In this document: in pieces, positions 21,033 through 32,630 of the stretch | How the letters are laid out: the number at the start of each line of letters is the position of its first letter | Position numbering within the stretch: position 1 is the stretch's first letter | NCBI RefSeq assembly: GCF_048593235.1 | Contig: NC_133617.1 | Location: forward strand, 754,536,282-754,573,896 | Length of the DNA stretch: 37,615 bases | Reading direction: 5' to 3' | Source: Sminthopsis crassicaudata | Taxonomy: Eukaryota | The notes under the pieces: model-generated | What the model was told of the DNA's origin: nothing | The model's input: only the letters and a program-made list of their open reading frames with translations | Database searches by the model: none | Program-made: the position numbers and the translations under genes

Positions 21033-22569
21033 GTAAGGTCCTCTCATTTGTCGTCCTCCTGTCTGTTATGCTCGTGTTATGAGAACATTCAGGGATGTTC
21101 GGAGCCCTCCCCACTCCGGGCAGTGAGTCTCTCTTTTCTGGGACCATTTGGAGGACTTTCCCAAGTGTAGCTATCATGAGACACCAGCCTTGCTGGAGGA
21201 GGTTCGCTCTTTGTGTGAGAGTGAGAAGTCCTCCTTCTGGGCCTTGAGCTCATGGGCGGTTCGGCCCCCTTTCTCCACGGCCTCCCAGCTCCGGACTCGT
21301 GCCCATGTGAGGCTCCCCGTGCTGGGGCCGCGGGCACGAGAGGCTCGCATTCCCCTTCCCCCGTCAGGCGCTCCTGCTTCACGAGGCCGTTGATGAACCC
21401 CTGTCCTTCCTTCGTTTTCTCTGCCCTCTCTTCTCCTGGAGAATGTCTGGCTCGCCGATGGCCAGATTTTTGCCGGGTGCCACAGATCGGGCGTGACAGA
21501 CAGGTTCTCCCTTGTGGCCTCTTGAATTTCCATCTGTTTGTTGACTAGTCACCAAAGAGGTATGGAGGTCATAGAGTTTAATTTTTCCTTGGTTTGTTTT
21601 TAATTTTTATGTGATCCCCCATTTTGAACTTAGCGTGACGCACGGATTGAGATGTTGGGGCAACAGACCATTCTGAGGGCCACGTCCTCTCGCCGGTTCA
21701 CCGTCCCTTGGGGTGAAGGACTGGCTCTTCCCCGGGCCCGTGGGTGCTCCGACGCCAGCCTTGCAGGCGCCCCGCTTTGTTTGGCCGTTTCTGATTACCT
21801 GCATTTTGTCTGCTCCTTCCTGTGTTTACTTCTCCGGCTTATGGCTTTGGCCAGACGACATTCAGATCTTTGCCAGAGAATGGCGCGGGGGCGGTACGAC
21901 TTCTGTTTTATACCAGAAGCAGCTTGTTGTCATGAGAAACATGTGTGTGCGCGCAGTCAGACTGAGGAAAGCCACTCGCTCATTCGTGTGTGGCCACAGG
22001 CATCTGCATTAGCTGTGGCTTTTACACGACCTTTGTGTTCTCGCTCAGTTTCCCCATATGCATTTTATACAAATAGAAGAAATTCAATCGTATTCATCGT
22101 TAGGTAATAAACGACATCAGAAAAGGGATTTTAGCCGTGGTGTTATAATCGGTGATTGGGCTGGCCACCGGGAGGGATGGGGGATCTTTGTTTCTCTCAG
22201 TGATGTCTTGCAATTTTCTCTCTCACCCACTGCATGGGATGTTAATTCCCAGATGTTTCATGTTTTTTGGTGTTTCTATAAATAGGATTATTTTTGGTGA
22301 TTTTTTTAGAATATAACTGTTAATTATGTTTGTAGTTTCATCTTTGATTTTGTTAGAGGATTTCTTTATTTTCTCCATTCTCTTTTGGTTTTGAGACTAG
22401 TGTTCTTGGATCCTGATTATCATCCACTAGAGTTATTGTCTCTTGTAGCCCGCTACCAGCTGCCCACTTGGTAAGCGTGGTTACCATGCCAGACTCTGAT
22501 GGAAGTCAATGATGGAGAGAGAATGAGGATGAACAGCCAAAGCCTTGTTGAGCAAGGTATTGTTACACC

Positions 22570-22895
22570 TAGGTGAGGGCTCCCTCTGCATACAATCACT
22601 GGGCTCCCTCCGTATTGAGGAGCTTCCATGTGTACGATCTCTGAGCGTCCATTACGTTTGATAACTTCTCTGTGTACAATCTCTGGATTCCCGCCATGTT
22701 TGATAGATTCTCTGTGTACAATCTCTGGACTCCCGCCATGTTTGATAGATTCTCTGTGTACAATCTCTGGACTCCCGCCATGTTTGATAGATTCTCTGTG
22801 TACAATCTCTGGACTCCCGCCATGTTGGGGAGCTTTTCTGTGTATAATCTTCGGACTCCCGCCGTGTTTGATAGATTCTCTGTGTATGATCTTTG
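22570..22895. repeat. 42-bp tandem repeat, ~7-8 copies, in CENPP intron 5
   Basis: Unit ATGTTTGATAGATTCTCTGTGTACAATCTCTGGACTCCCGCC at 22696, 22738 and 22780; diverged copies at 22612, 22654, 22822 and 22864. Confidence 0.95.
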
Positions 22896-23019
22896 GAAAG
22901 ACTTGGAAAAGAATCACAGAGAACTGGAGGGCATGAATGGCACAGGGTCTCCACTGCTTAGAGGCTGAAACCACATGTACACTGGAATATATTCCAAGTG
23001 TTCTGATCGGCGTTAAGGC

Positions 23020-23095
23020 GACCTGGGTTCAAGCCCAGCCTCAGACTCTTGGGAGCTGTATGGCCTTAAACAGTCACTTTCCTGTTCTTAGCTTG
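23020..23095 (+). mobile_element. MIR/MAR1-like SINE fragment
   Basis: gacctgggttcaagcccagcctcagactcttgggagctgtatggccttaaacagtcactt (B-box-like GTTCAAG, then core start). Confidence 0.65.
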
Positions 23096-23399
23096 CTTCC
23101 TTTCCACTACAAAAGGAGTGCCTTCCTCTCAGGGCTGTGTAAGAATCAATGGGGACATTTCAGCCCTAGGAGATGAGTGATCACATTTGATAAACTGAGA
23201 CCGACTGAGACTTGCAATTGAATTCTTCTGCAAGTAAATTGAAACTAGCAAAATCTTACTTTGTTTTTATGTCTGTGTAAAACTCTCATTAATAAACTGG
23301 ATGTCTATTCAGCCAGATGAGCAAGGCTTGGTTGGATGGCTGCTGTGCTAGTGCTCCGCAGTGTGATCCGGCGAGCGAGAAGGCCGGTGGAAACTCGAG

Positions 23400-23870
23400 G
23401 GCAGAGCTTTCAGAAATAAGAGCGCCTCTGGATCTCTGCCTGGGCCAGACCACATGATGAAGCATCGTGTCCAGCTCTGGGCACCAGAGTTCAAGAAAGA
23501 TTTTGATGAGTTTAAAAGCCTCAAGAGGAGGGTGGTCAGCCTAGGGGTGGGCATTGAGTCTAGTCACATGCTTGTAAGAACTGAAGATCTTTAGCCATGG
23601 AAGGGGAAGGAGGAGGTAGGGCACACAGGAAGCGGGGAGGGCTCCACGATCGTGGTTTTCAGGTATTTGAAGGACTTGGCTGTTAAAGAGGGATGGGATT
23701 ACTTCTCTGGCCCTAGGAGGCACCACCAGTGGGAGAAGTGGGGGAGGGGTAAAAAAAGACAATTTTAGGCTCGGATTCAGAGAAACTTTCCTAACAGAGT
23801 TTTCTAAAAGTAGAAGGGGCTCCCTTGGAAGGTAATGGTTTTTTCTCATTGAAGTCTTTTGGGTTCTAAA
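23400..23870 (+). mobile_element. CR1/L3 LINE 3' fragment (ORF2 C-terminus)
   Basis: Encodes HRVQLWAPEFKKDFDEF, like CR1 YCVQFWAPQFKKDIDKL; later ttttcaggtatttgaagg and tttaggctcggattcagagaaactttcctaaca match the CR1 3' end. Confidence 0.8.
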
Positions 23871-24876
23871 TTTTTCTCCCTTCTTCCCTTACCTCCCTGG
23901 ACCCAGGGTGATATAGGTTAAATATGTGCAGTCGTTGGAGGTCTTCAAGCATACTCTGGCTCACCCCTGCTCAGATGGTTTTTATTGGGGATTTTTTTTC
24001 TCATAGATTGGCCAAGGGGACTGCTGGGGGCTCTTTCACCTCCAAAGTTCTGTCATTCTTCCCAATAAATGATGTAGTTTTACAGAGATCTGTTGATTTG
24101 CACCTAGAATCCATGGATCACTATAGGACCTCCCCAGTCAAATCCAGTGTCCCTCCAGAGAGATTCTCCTATTCATGTACATGGGGAAGGGAAGAAGCTG
24201 ATAAGTGCTTATCGTCCAGGTGATTCTGTGTCAGTGACTACCCGTGTCATGGATGATGAATCAGAGAGACTGACGATCACGTTTGGGAAGTGACAAATAC
24301 CCTTCAATATTCCTGAGCTGGGCGTACAACGTGGTCTCAGTGTGTGTGGGGGGGTTGGGGGGGGGCATGTGCAGGAGCCTGTAGTCCTGCAATAATACAA
24401 CGTCTGGGGTCTGTTGCGTGGGCCATTGATGGAGGCTTTGGGCAAGGACATGGCTGGGATGGGAAGATAGGAAGGGAGAGGAGGCCTTGGAATCGCTCTC
24501 TGTGGGAGCGATGTCCACCAAAGCCTCTCATGATTTAGCATGTGGGGGCTGAGCCTTTCCTTGAAACTACAGATGAAACATGGGCTCACGTGGAGCACAG
24601 GAGCATTCCCCTCACTAGATGCAGTCTCCTGGGCTGAAGAAACAGGACTAGACCAGGATCAGAAAGACCAAAAATCATTTCCCAAATCTAACTTTGCTTT
24701 GCCCTTTAACCCTTGTGTAAGCCTGTAAAAGGGAAAGGATGTTCCTACTCATGGTAACCCCCTCAGAGCTATAGGGAGCAGCCCCCCTGAGAATGGGAAG
24801 CATTCTGGGAATGCTGCCAGAGAAGTCGTCTCGAGCGGACCTCCACAAACCAGAGTCAGTTCCTGTAAATGAACAT

Positions 24877-24882
24877 TTTATT
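24877..24882 (-). terminator. Candidate OGN polyadenylation signal AATAAA
   Basis: ~585 nt past the OGN stop, followed by a GT-rich element (tctggtttgtgg). Usage not shown. Confidence 0.5.
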
Positions 24883-25466
24883 GGGACTTGACCAAAGGAA
24901 TGGAGAAGTTTTCTCCAGTTGAAAAGTTTAGTATAGACACGTGTCTTGTAGCAAACTACTATATTTCGTGGCCTAAAACAGTAATGAGTCCCTCACAGAT
25001 GTCAGTCCAGCTTGCAAAAACCTGGGTGCCTGAAAATATTTCACTTTGAGCCAGGGAGGCATCCTCAGGCAGGAAGGAGAAGGAAGGGCGTCAGAGAGCC
25101 AGTCCTGGGAGGGTACCCACACTCACACATTGGTAGCGATGAGAAGGTGCCCTCAGCTGAGACACAGCCACAGAGACATTGTCACAGTGTGCCCGACATC
25201 TTGCCATGAACCAAATGGGGTGTGCGGGGATATTTATCTGTCTCCATTATTCACATTATGTTACATTTTGAACTCAAAATGTAAGGTAGATGTAAAGTTT
25301 TCTAAATACTCTAGTTTAAAAAAGAATAAAAAAAAAGGTGTAGGTATCTGAAAGCTGCCAAGGATATACAAAAATATTGTTAAACGAGACTATAGATCCT
25401 TTAAATGAGAGGTGAGCCATCAGCTGGCTTTCCCTTTAGGGGTACATGGGGCTGAGTGTGCCTCGG

Positions 25467-25637
25467 TTAATAGTAGGTTCCAGTGGGCAGTCTTTTTAGG
25501 CAGATGAAACTGTTGGGATGCTTCCCCAGGAGGATGGGATTGCCTTCCATTCTGATCTCATCCACGCGGCTGCGGATGTAGCGCGTGTCGTTGGACTTGC
25601 AGAATGTATCATCCGTGATGTCGGCTATGTTGTTAAA
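25467..25637 (-). CDS. OGN: OGN last coding exon (171 nt including TAA)
   Basis: [56 protein letters not shown]. Confidence 0.97.
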   Translation of the reverse strand, partial: FNNIADITDDTFCKSNDTRYIRSRVDEIRMEGNPILLGKHPNSFICLKRLPTGTYY

Positions 25638-28600
25638 CTGTGACACGAGAGAGACGGGTTAGGAAGCTCCAGGCGTGGCGAGCTGTGGCCTCCGCCTCAA
25701 ACTCCCCCCAGTTTTCTTTGGGCACAGAAAGACAAATGTGTTTGCTTGTCCGGGGCAAGGTGGCTGTTTCAGGCCTGGGAAGCCCCCAACTGGCGGGGAA
25801 GACTCGGACAGACTTGGCCCAAGCCACCAACAAAGCAATGGGGAAAGCTTCCTCTGCATGGTAGGGTTTGGGGGCATCCTCAGACATGGACCAGGCGCCT
25901 TGAATTTGGGGTCATGCTGGAGAAATCACCGAAATGAGCAGAGCCTCTGACCCCACCCGAAAACTCTAGTATGGACATCCCAAAGAGGTCAAAGAAAAAG
26001 CAAAGGAACGGGCATTTCTGCAAGTCTTTTGTTAGCGACGGGATTGCAAACCAGCGGTTCTGACCGGCCCTGTATTGGAGGGGGGCTGAACAAGGCTCGG
26101 TGTGTGAGTGTAAGGAAATGATGGGAGGAGATATAAGGAAAGAATGATGGAACGGGCAGTTTCAGAGGAAACGGAAAAGACCAAGTGAAGGGAGAACTAA
26201 CAATTCATAAAAAGACCGCAGCGCTGGGGAGGAAGCAACTCGGAAGGACTCGAGGCCTCGAGTTAATGCAGTGATAAGCTCTGAGTCTGTGAGGGAACAC
26301 AGAGATGGGGGAAAGGAGAGCGGAAAGAAGGGTGGTGAGAGGAAGGAAGGAGGACAGACAGATACGGAGACACACACACACATAGAGGCAGAACGCTCAA
26401 TTAATCAGCCAAATGCAGGTATTACGGCCTAGCAGGGTCAGGCAATGTGAGGACTGCTGGGATTGCATTCGGGGTCAAAGAATGAGGCGATTCCCGTCGG
26501 CATAAATTTGGGTTAGGCCCAACTAAAGGTTCCAGAGCACTGCTTACCTGAAGGTGAAGGATTCTTAGGCTCTCGGGCAAATGCGGGGGCACAGAATCCA
26601 GGTCGTTGTGGTCCAGATAGAGGAAGGAGAGGTTCTTCAGCTTCTGGGGGAAGAAGGGCTTCTGGGTTAACCTTCCTCAGAAGGCTTAACTGGGAGCCTC
26701 CTCGGGGGCCGCTGAGCTCTGAGGGAGCCACTGAGGAGGAAGGCAGGTGGGGCTCACCCGAGGGCCTCAAGCTCCTTTGCTGGGGCTCCTTCCCATTGGT
26801 CTTGGCTCAGGGTAGTTTGGGGTGGGGGCCATCAGGAAAGGCTTTCTGCAGAAGGCACCCCAAGCCCCAGCCTTTGGAAGGGAGCCAGGGATTCTATCGT
26901 TCTAGAGTTGGGGGACAGCCTGGGCAAAGTCACGTGGGCTAGAGGGGACGGAATGTGGGAGAGCCAGGAGGCTCTGCCTGCTGCAGAGTCCTGTGTAGCC
27001 AGCCTGGACAGGGGGCCCGGAGCCAGACTGGAAGGGCTCTCTGGGCCCTAGCTTGGAGGCACTAAGGAGCCACAGAGGAGTGGGAGGAGTGGTGTGGTCA
27101 GGCCCAGCTGGGCTTCAGTACCAGCAGGGGCCGCTGTGTGGAGGACTGACTGTGGTTGGACAGAAGGGCACAGAGGCCTTGTTTCAGCCAGTAAGCCCAA
27201 GGCCCTCAAGCTGGCAATAGAGCCCAGCTGATCGGCAGCCCGCCAGCCTGGGGGCTTCCCCTCTGGGCCAGTTTTGATAAGGACCGTTCTTACCTTGAAC
27301 GTGTTTGCTTTGATGCCTTTGCTTTTGAGCTTGTTGTGTCTGGCATTAAACAAAGTCAGCTTAGCGGGCAGAATGGGAAGCTTTAACAGCCGGTTCTCTG
27401 CAAGCGTGAGTTCCTCAAGCAGGGAGAGCTTGGAAAAGGCCCCGTCCTCTATGTCTTCTATCAGGTTTCCGGTGAAATCGAGTCTTCGTAAGTTAGCTTG
27501 AGGGAAAGAACCCCAAATAAAAATATTGATAAATATTACATTTTATTTCATCTTAAACTAGCGCTATTTCACAACCGTTTAAAAGCATAGAGAGAGAGAG
27601 ACTCCTTTAGCAGCTGCATTGTCCAGGTCACCTGTTCTACAGCAGAGGGAATGAGATCGAGCCTTTCTTTGTCCCCTGCTTTGGCTCAGCTTGGTGCTCC
27701 CATGATGTGGAAACTGAGTCACAAGAAATGAAGTCACCAGGTTCCGATAAGATCCACATATGCTAACTGTCCAAGCCCCAGACAAGGGGGATGAAGGGCG
27801 TACCCCTGCTGCTGACGAGGATCATCAGAGCAGAGGAGAGAACCAATCAGAGAGGGAGAAATCACTTGGCTCTATCAAGTTCTCGGCCCCAAAGCTGAGC
27901 CCTGAAGGATGAGAGGGTCCGTAATGTTGGGCTCAGAAAGGGTCTCATCCCAGCCTCGGGGAACGACTGCCCAGGGCTGGGAGGTGGTAATACAAATTTG
28001 GGGGCCAGCCAAGGGCCCCATCCGGCTGGAACGTTGAGGGGAGAGGAAACCACAGCTTCACCGGAGGATCCGGCAGAGGGCCTTCAACACTGGTCGTAGA
28101 TGTTGGCGTTGTGTCTTGGAGGAGGAGGAAGGAAGGAAGAAAGGAACGAAGGCTTCTGAGGAGGGGTACGACAGGGCTGGAGAGTGGAGGAGGAAGAACC
28201 TGAGGAGGGGACTCTGGTCCGGAGGCTACTGAGACAGTCTGAGAAAGAAGCCATAAAAGTCTTGGACCGAGACGCCCTTGTGAGTGGAGAAGAAAGTCTG
28301 AGTGAACTGCTAGCTGGCACCAAGGTGGGCAGCCCAGGGAGCTTCCAGAAAACCCCCAGTGAATCGGAGGGTTGTGTGCGCTTCTGGGAGCCAGGTTCTT
28401 GGTGGATCGGGTTGGAAAGTAAAGGGGGCATAGAAGGCGGGCTGTCCTGGTGCAGAAAGGAGGAAAATGCCAGCCTGGAGGAAGCAGGAGGACAGCAGGT
28501 CCCCCCACCCCCATTTCGGAAAATCTTTGATTCTGGTGACGCGTGAGCACACAGACGTGGGACAGAGGCCTCTTCCCCCTTAAGAGGTGATGGGCGCTGA

Positions 28601-30857
28601 GGCAGAGATCCCACTCACTTTTCCGAGACCTGTTTCATTTTGTTTGCCTGTTTCTTTGCTTCCCCTCAGTGGGAGTGGGGTAGAAGAGAGGAGGAGGGTT
28701 AGCATTATTATGGCAAACGAAGACCAGGATAGCCCTTTAAAAAACACGCACAGAAAAGAATAGAAAGGCGTTCACAGGGCGTCACGACCGCAAGTTTTAA
28801 AATGTTGGATAGAGTTTTTTAAATTAAATTTCTTTCCCTTTTCCTCCTACTTTCCTTCCCTCCTTCCCATTGGGGGAAAAAAAAAACAATGGCCTTGAAC
28901 AGATACACACAGACAAGCTGAACAAGCGCCCACACTGGCCGTGTCACCCCCAAACACAGACATGGACCTGGGCGTGTATTTCAGCCCGAGCCCTGCATTT
29001 ATTGCTGGGCCATCAGAGCATGGCGGCAGGCTTCATCCCAGCCCCTCTCCGGAGCCGGTAGCTGCACGCAGAAGGGAGAGTGAAAAAGGCTGTTTGTCTT
29101 TGGGTTGTGGTGATCATTGTCGTATACATGACTCTCCTGGTTCTGCCCACCTTTGCCACCATTTCTTCTAACACAGTCACCCATAAACGCCATTGGAGGC
29201 CCTCCCTGTGCCAGCCACTGTCCTGAGTGCTGAAGGTTCAGGAGGAGCGCCTGATGGAAAGTTTAAAAACAAACCCAGCGGGCTGTGCCCTCGGAGTCTC
29301 TCGGTCTCACCCAGCGCCTTCTCTTCTGCTCTCGACACAGAAACGCCCCTTTCTGTCTGAGTTAGAATTCCCAGAAATGTAATTCACTTACGGATGTCTG
29401 CAAAGTCCTTGGCCGTGATCTTCTTGATCTTGTTGAAACGGGCGTAGAGGTAGTTCGTCTCCTTGGGCAAGGGGGGCACGGCGTCGATGTCCGTCTCCTC
29501 GCAGTACACGGAGCCGCTGAGACAGACGCACAGGAGGCAGGTCGGCATTTCTAAGGGACGAAGGGGTAGTGAGCCACGGCAGGCTCGAGGGCCCTCCCCG
29601 CCCCGGCTGGCCCCTTCCCAGGGGAGGGTTTCTGCTTTCAGACTTTCCCCCTCAGGTGACAGACCCAGACCCCCGCTGAGTGGCTGAAGGGACAGCCATC
29701 TCCAGCAGGGATGAAAATTTAGGCTTTTTAAAAGCATCTGTTGGTCCCAGATTCGACTCTTGCACATCACGTGCATGTGCGTGGGGAAGGACACTGCGTG
29801 GGGTACTCTGTGTGGGAGTGCACTGTTGGGGGGCACTGCGCCCTAGCGCCACTTCTCTGGCTTCCTTGGCACATTGGCTTAAGCAGTCAGTCTCCAGACA
29901 TTTTAAAACATCTCTTCTGTTCCAGACCCTGTGCTGAGGCTCCCCATTGTCCTCTCTGCCCCAAGGAGGCCTCCCTGCCTCCCATGCTGGGCAGGGACTG
30001 GGCCCCCATATAGGTGTAGACAAAGAGCTTTTGCTTCCAGGATGGGGAGGCCCATTGCTGCTCTGGTCACTTCCTGCTGAGCTGAGTCAGCTCCCACCAG
30101 GCCACAGGTCCTGGGGGTCCCGCCCAAGCCAGCCCCGGGTCCCGCCCGGCCCGGCCTCCTTACCGCCGCCAGCTTCGGCTCTTTCTGGCTGTTCCGTCGT
30201 GCTTTGGTCTTTCTGTAAGTCGTGTAGGATGGTCAGGATCTCATTTCTCTATTAGAAGAATACAGGTGATCAAGGTTATTTGACTTAGCCAAAAGGCAAA
30301 CCCAAAGACCCTTTGTCTCCACCGTCCTCCAGGCCCAGTCTAGGAAGCTGCCCCTTATTAGGTAAGGGATCTTTAGAGACTTACAAGTCTGCCCCAATTC
30401 AATGCTGCTTGTACTTTCTGGTCCTGTTCCCATCTCTGAATCACCCTGGGACTGTCGCCCCAAGAGCCCGGCCAGCATGTGGGGAGGTGTCGGGCCGAGC
30501 ACAATGTGCCCTTTGCTGCTCTTTCCCACCCCCCAGACTCTTAAGTCACCTGGGCTGACATTTCTCACTTTAAACACCCCTGGGAGTCCATTTTGGGACG
30601 GGGACGATGAGGAGTGACTTTAAATCGCTTAAATGGCAGCCTCTTTTGTGCAGGAGCAAGTGGCGTCAAGAGCCACCGCATGCGGCTGTAGAATAAAAGA
30701 AATCTGATACCTTCATGTCATCCCCGTCCCGCGGCGGCTCCTCATAATCCCATATTTCTCCAAAAGTCTCTGTCGGAGAGCTCTGTACAGCGGGTGGGGC
30801 CGGCTTTACCCAGGGCACCAGGAGAAGCCAGACCAAGGCGGCCTGCGGGGTATTCAT
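25467..30857 (-). CDS. OGN: Osteoglycin/mimecan (class III SLRP), complete CDS, 286 aa: complement(join(25467..25637,26548..26643,27294..27496,29392..29550,30164..30248,30711..30857))
   Basis: Signal peptide ending VKPAPP; class III cluster [13 protein letters not shown] (CX2CXCX6C); LRRs; C-terminus [19 protein letters not shown]. All GT-AG, 861 nt in frame. Confidence 0.97.
26548..26643 (-). CDS. OGN: OGN coding exon 5 (96 nt)
   Basis: [32 protein letters not shown]; donor CAG|GTAAGC. Confidence 0.97.
27294..27496 (-). CDS. OGN: OGN coding exon 4 (203 nt)
   Basis: [30 protein letters not shown]...GIKANTFK; donor AAG|GTAAGA. Confidence 0.97.
27690..27785 (-). mobile_element. MIR-family SINE remnant in an OGN intron
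   Basis: gatgtggaaactgagtcacaagaaatgaagtcacc is the reverse-orientation MIR core. Confidence 0.55.
28130..28520 (-). mobile_element. Decayed L2 fragment in an OGN intron
   Basis: ggaggctactgagacagtctgag...tgtgagtggagaagaaag resembles the reverse L2 pattern ggaggctattgcaatagtccagg...tgtgagtggagagaagg. Confidence 0.45.
29392..29550 (-). CDS. OGN: OGN coding exon 3 (159 nt), Cys cluster
   Basis: [53 protein letters not shown]; donor C|GTAAGT. Confidence 0.97.
30164..30248 (-). CDS. OGN: OGN coding exon 2 (85 nt)
   Basis: ttctaatag|AGA; [28 protein letters not shown]; donor G|GTAAGG; LQKD conserved; phase fits both neighbours. Confidence 0.82.
30711..30857 (-). CDS. OGN: OGN first coding exon (147 nt CDS)
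   Basis: GCCGCCATG; [22 protein letters not shown]...DGDDMK; donor AAG|GTATCA; upstream acceptor at ~30891. Confidence 0.9.
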
Positions 30858-32532
30858 GGCGGCCCAGAGCAGAGGTGGCGGCGGGGGTCTCTGAGGAGGC
30901 CAGTGGGTGGGCTTCTGTTCCCTCTTGGGGCCCTAAGAGCAAAGAAGGAGAGAGACAGGAACAGCGAGGGCCACAGCACTGGCCCCAGGCTCCTCCCATC
31001 TTAATCAGCTTCTGACCCTCCCAAGGGGGGCTTCAGAGTTCCCTGTAATCTCAGTGAACGATCCTGAGGCACTTTGTTCTAACTGCTCTATGTGGGCTCA
31101 TCACACGCCTGCCATCTTGTCTCTTTTTGTATTATTAACATCGAAAGCGACAAAGAACCCCGAGTCCCAAGGCAGGGTCGCCTTGTTGCCGCTCCCTGCT
31201 AGGTGGACGAGCGCCTGTTCTGCGGGAGTCTAGACCTGACCCGTTTCCGAGGAAGCGGGCCGTCCGTTTGAGCTTTCAGAGAAATACGAGAACTACTCGT
31301 CTCCATTGTGTGTGTTTTTAAAAACCATAAATCCTTTGTATTTGTCTTCACTTGGTGATTTCAGATAAACTTTCTTCCCCCACCTCCGACCCCTTCCAGT
31401 GAGTCCTTCAGTGAGTTTGTGAAGGAGGCACTTGGGGCACATACTTTCCAGAGGCCCTTGTGCAAACCCAGCAGTATTTGCAGTGGGGGTGGGGGCCTCT
31501 TCCCCCGCAAGTGCTCTGGGCTGGACTGCACACGAGCCTCGGCCCCTCCAGGACAACCACCCGACGGGGAGCCGGGGCAGCACCTTGTCCCTCCTGCCAC
31601 GAGTCTGAAGGTGGACAGGGCTCCGAAAAGATCCCTTCAAGGCTGATTTTAAAGTCTGCGAGCCCACCTTCCAAACTGCTCTTTTGGCCGGGGACGACTG
31701 CTTACAGTCGCCCTGATGGCGACACACGGCGCTTGGAGAGCCTACCTTGCCTTGTTTTCCAGTGTCTGCGGCTCTCTTCTCCTCGCTCGCTCGCCGGAGC
31801 CCACAGTGGGAGGGCGCAGGCAGCTCAGGAAGCTGCAGAGGGTTTCAGGCTCTCCAGTGTTCTGGGGGCGGACAGCTCGCAAAGCCCTTTCCATGGGGGA
31901 GACGGGCCTGCCAACATTCCTGCCGCTGTCGGCGAGCGCCGAGGCTGCTCAGAACATTCCTCAAACGAGGTGCCGGAGTCGCTCCGAGCCCCCGCCCCCG
32001 GCCGCTCGCGGACCCCGGCTGCTTTGTGTCGGGGGAGATGAATTTATGAAGATGGCCGAGTTATTCAATCATCTGACCCCTCTCCTAGGAGACGCGCCAT
32101 CTGCTTTCCGAATCAGCTCGGGCGCCAACATATGTATCCCATTAATGTACCTCCCGAGGAGTTCATAGTTTACGTCTTAGTGGGAATGTTTTCACTGTTG
32201 GACCCGTTAGCGTTTTTCCTATTGCTTCCTTGTGCAGTTTTATGTGTAAGCTCGCTCCTCCTGCCTGGGGGACCTCTGGGGGTGACTCACAGTACGGATC
32301 TTTGGGACACGGTGCTCAGGTGTGTCGGGAAAATGAACCTTCCCGGAGACCCTGTTTCGTCACGTATTTTGTGGTTTGGACAATGGCATAATTACCGGGT
32401 CAGGCAGCCTGGGAGGGTTAAACATCCGTGAGATGACGGGTATGCCCACATGGGGCATGGTTGGGCACCTCGCTGCCCCTCCTGCAGGCTCCCACCTGAC
32501 AGGGGTCTCACCCATCAAAGGCACTTAGCACA

Positions 32533-32630
32533 CACGTGTACCGGGATGGCGAGGGGCGGTCCACATGTGCCGGGATGGCGAGGGGATGGCGAGGGGCGGT
32601 CCACGTGTACCGGGATGGCGAGGGGCGGTC
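32533..32630. repeat. 29-bp tandem repeat x3 (middle copy has an internal duplication)
   Basis: CACGTGTACCGGGATGGCGAGGGGCGGTC at 32533 and 32602; variant at 32562. Confidence 0.9.

Noticed and set aside
22100-23300. Plus-strand AATAAA hexamers (~22106, ~23291) that could truncate CENPP after exon 5
   Set aside because: Hexamers are expected by chance in AT-rich intron patches; there is no evidence of use.
28184-28546. 120-aa acidic plus-strand ORF (MEEEEPEEG...) in an OGN intron
   Set aside because: It coincides with a purine-rich, reverse-oriented L2-like remnant and has no splice or homology support.
31300-31500. Possible OGN non-coding exon 1 (minus-strand donor AAA|GTATGT at 31444)
   Set aside because: An upstream exon is implied by the acceptor at ~30891, but this donor cannot be singled out without transcript data.
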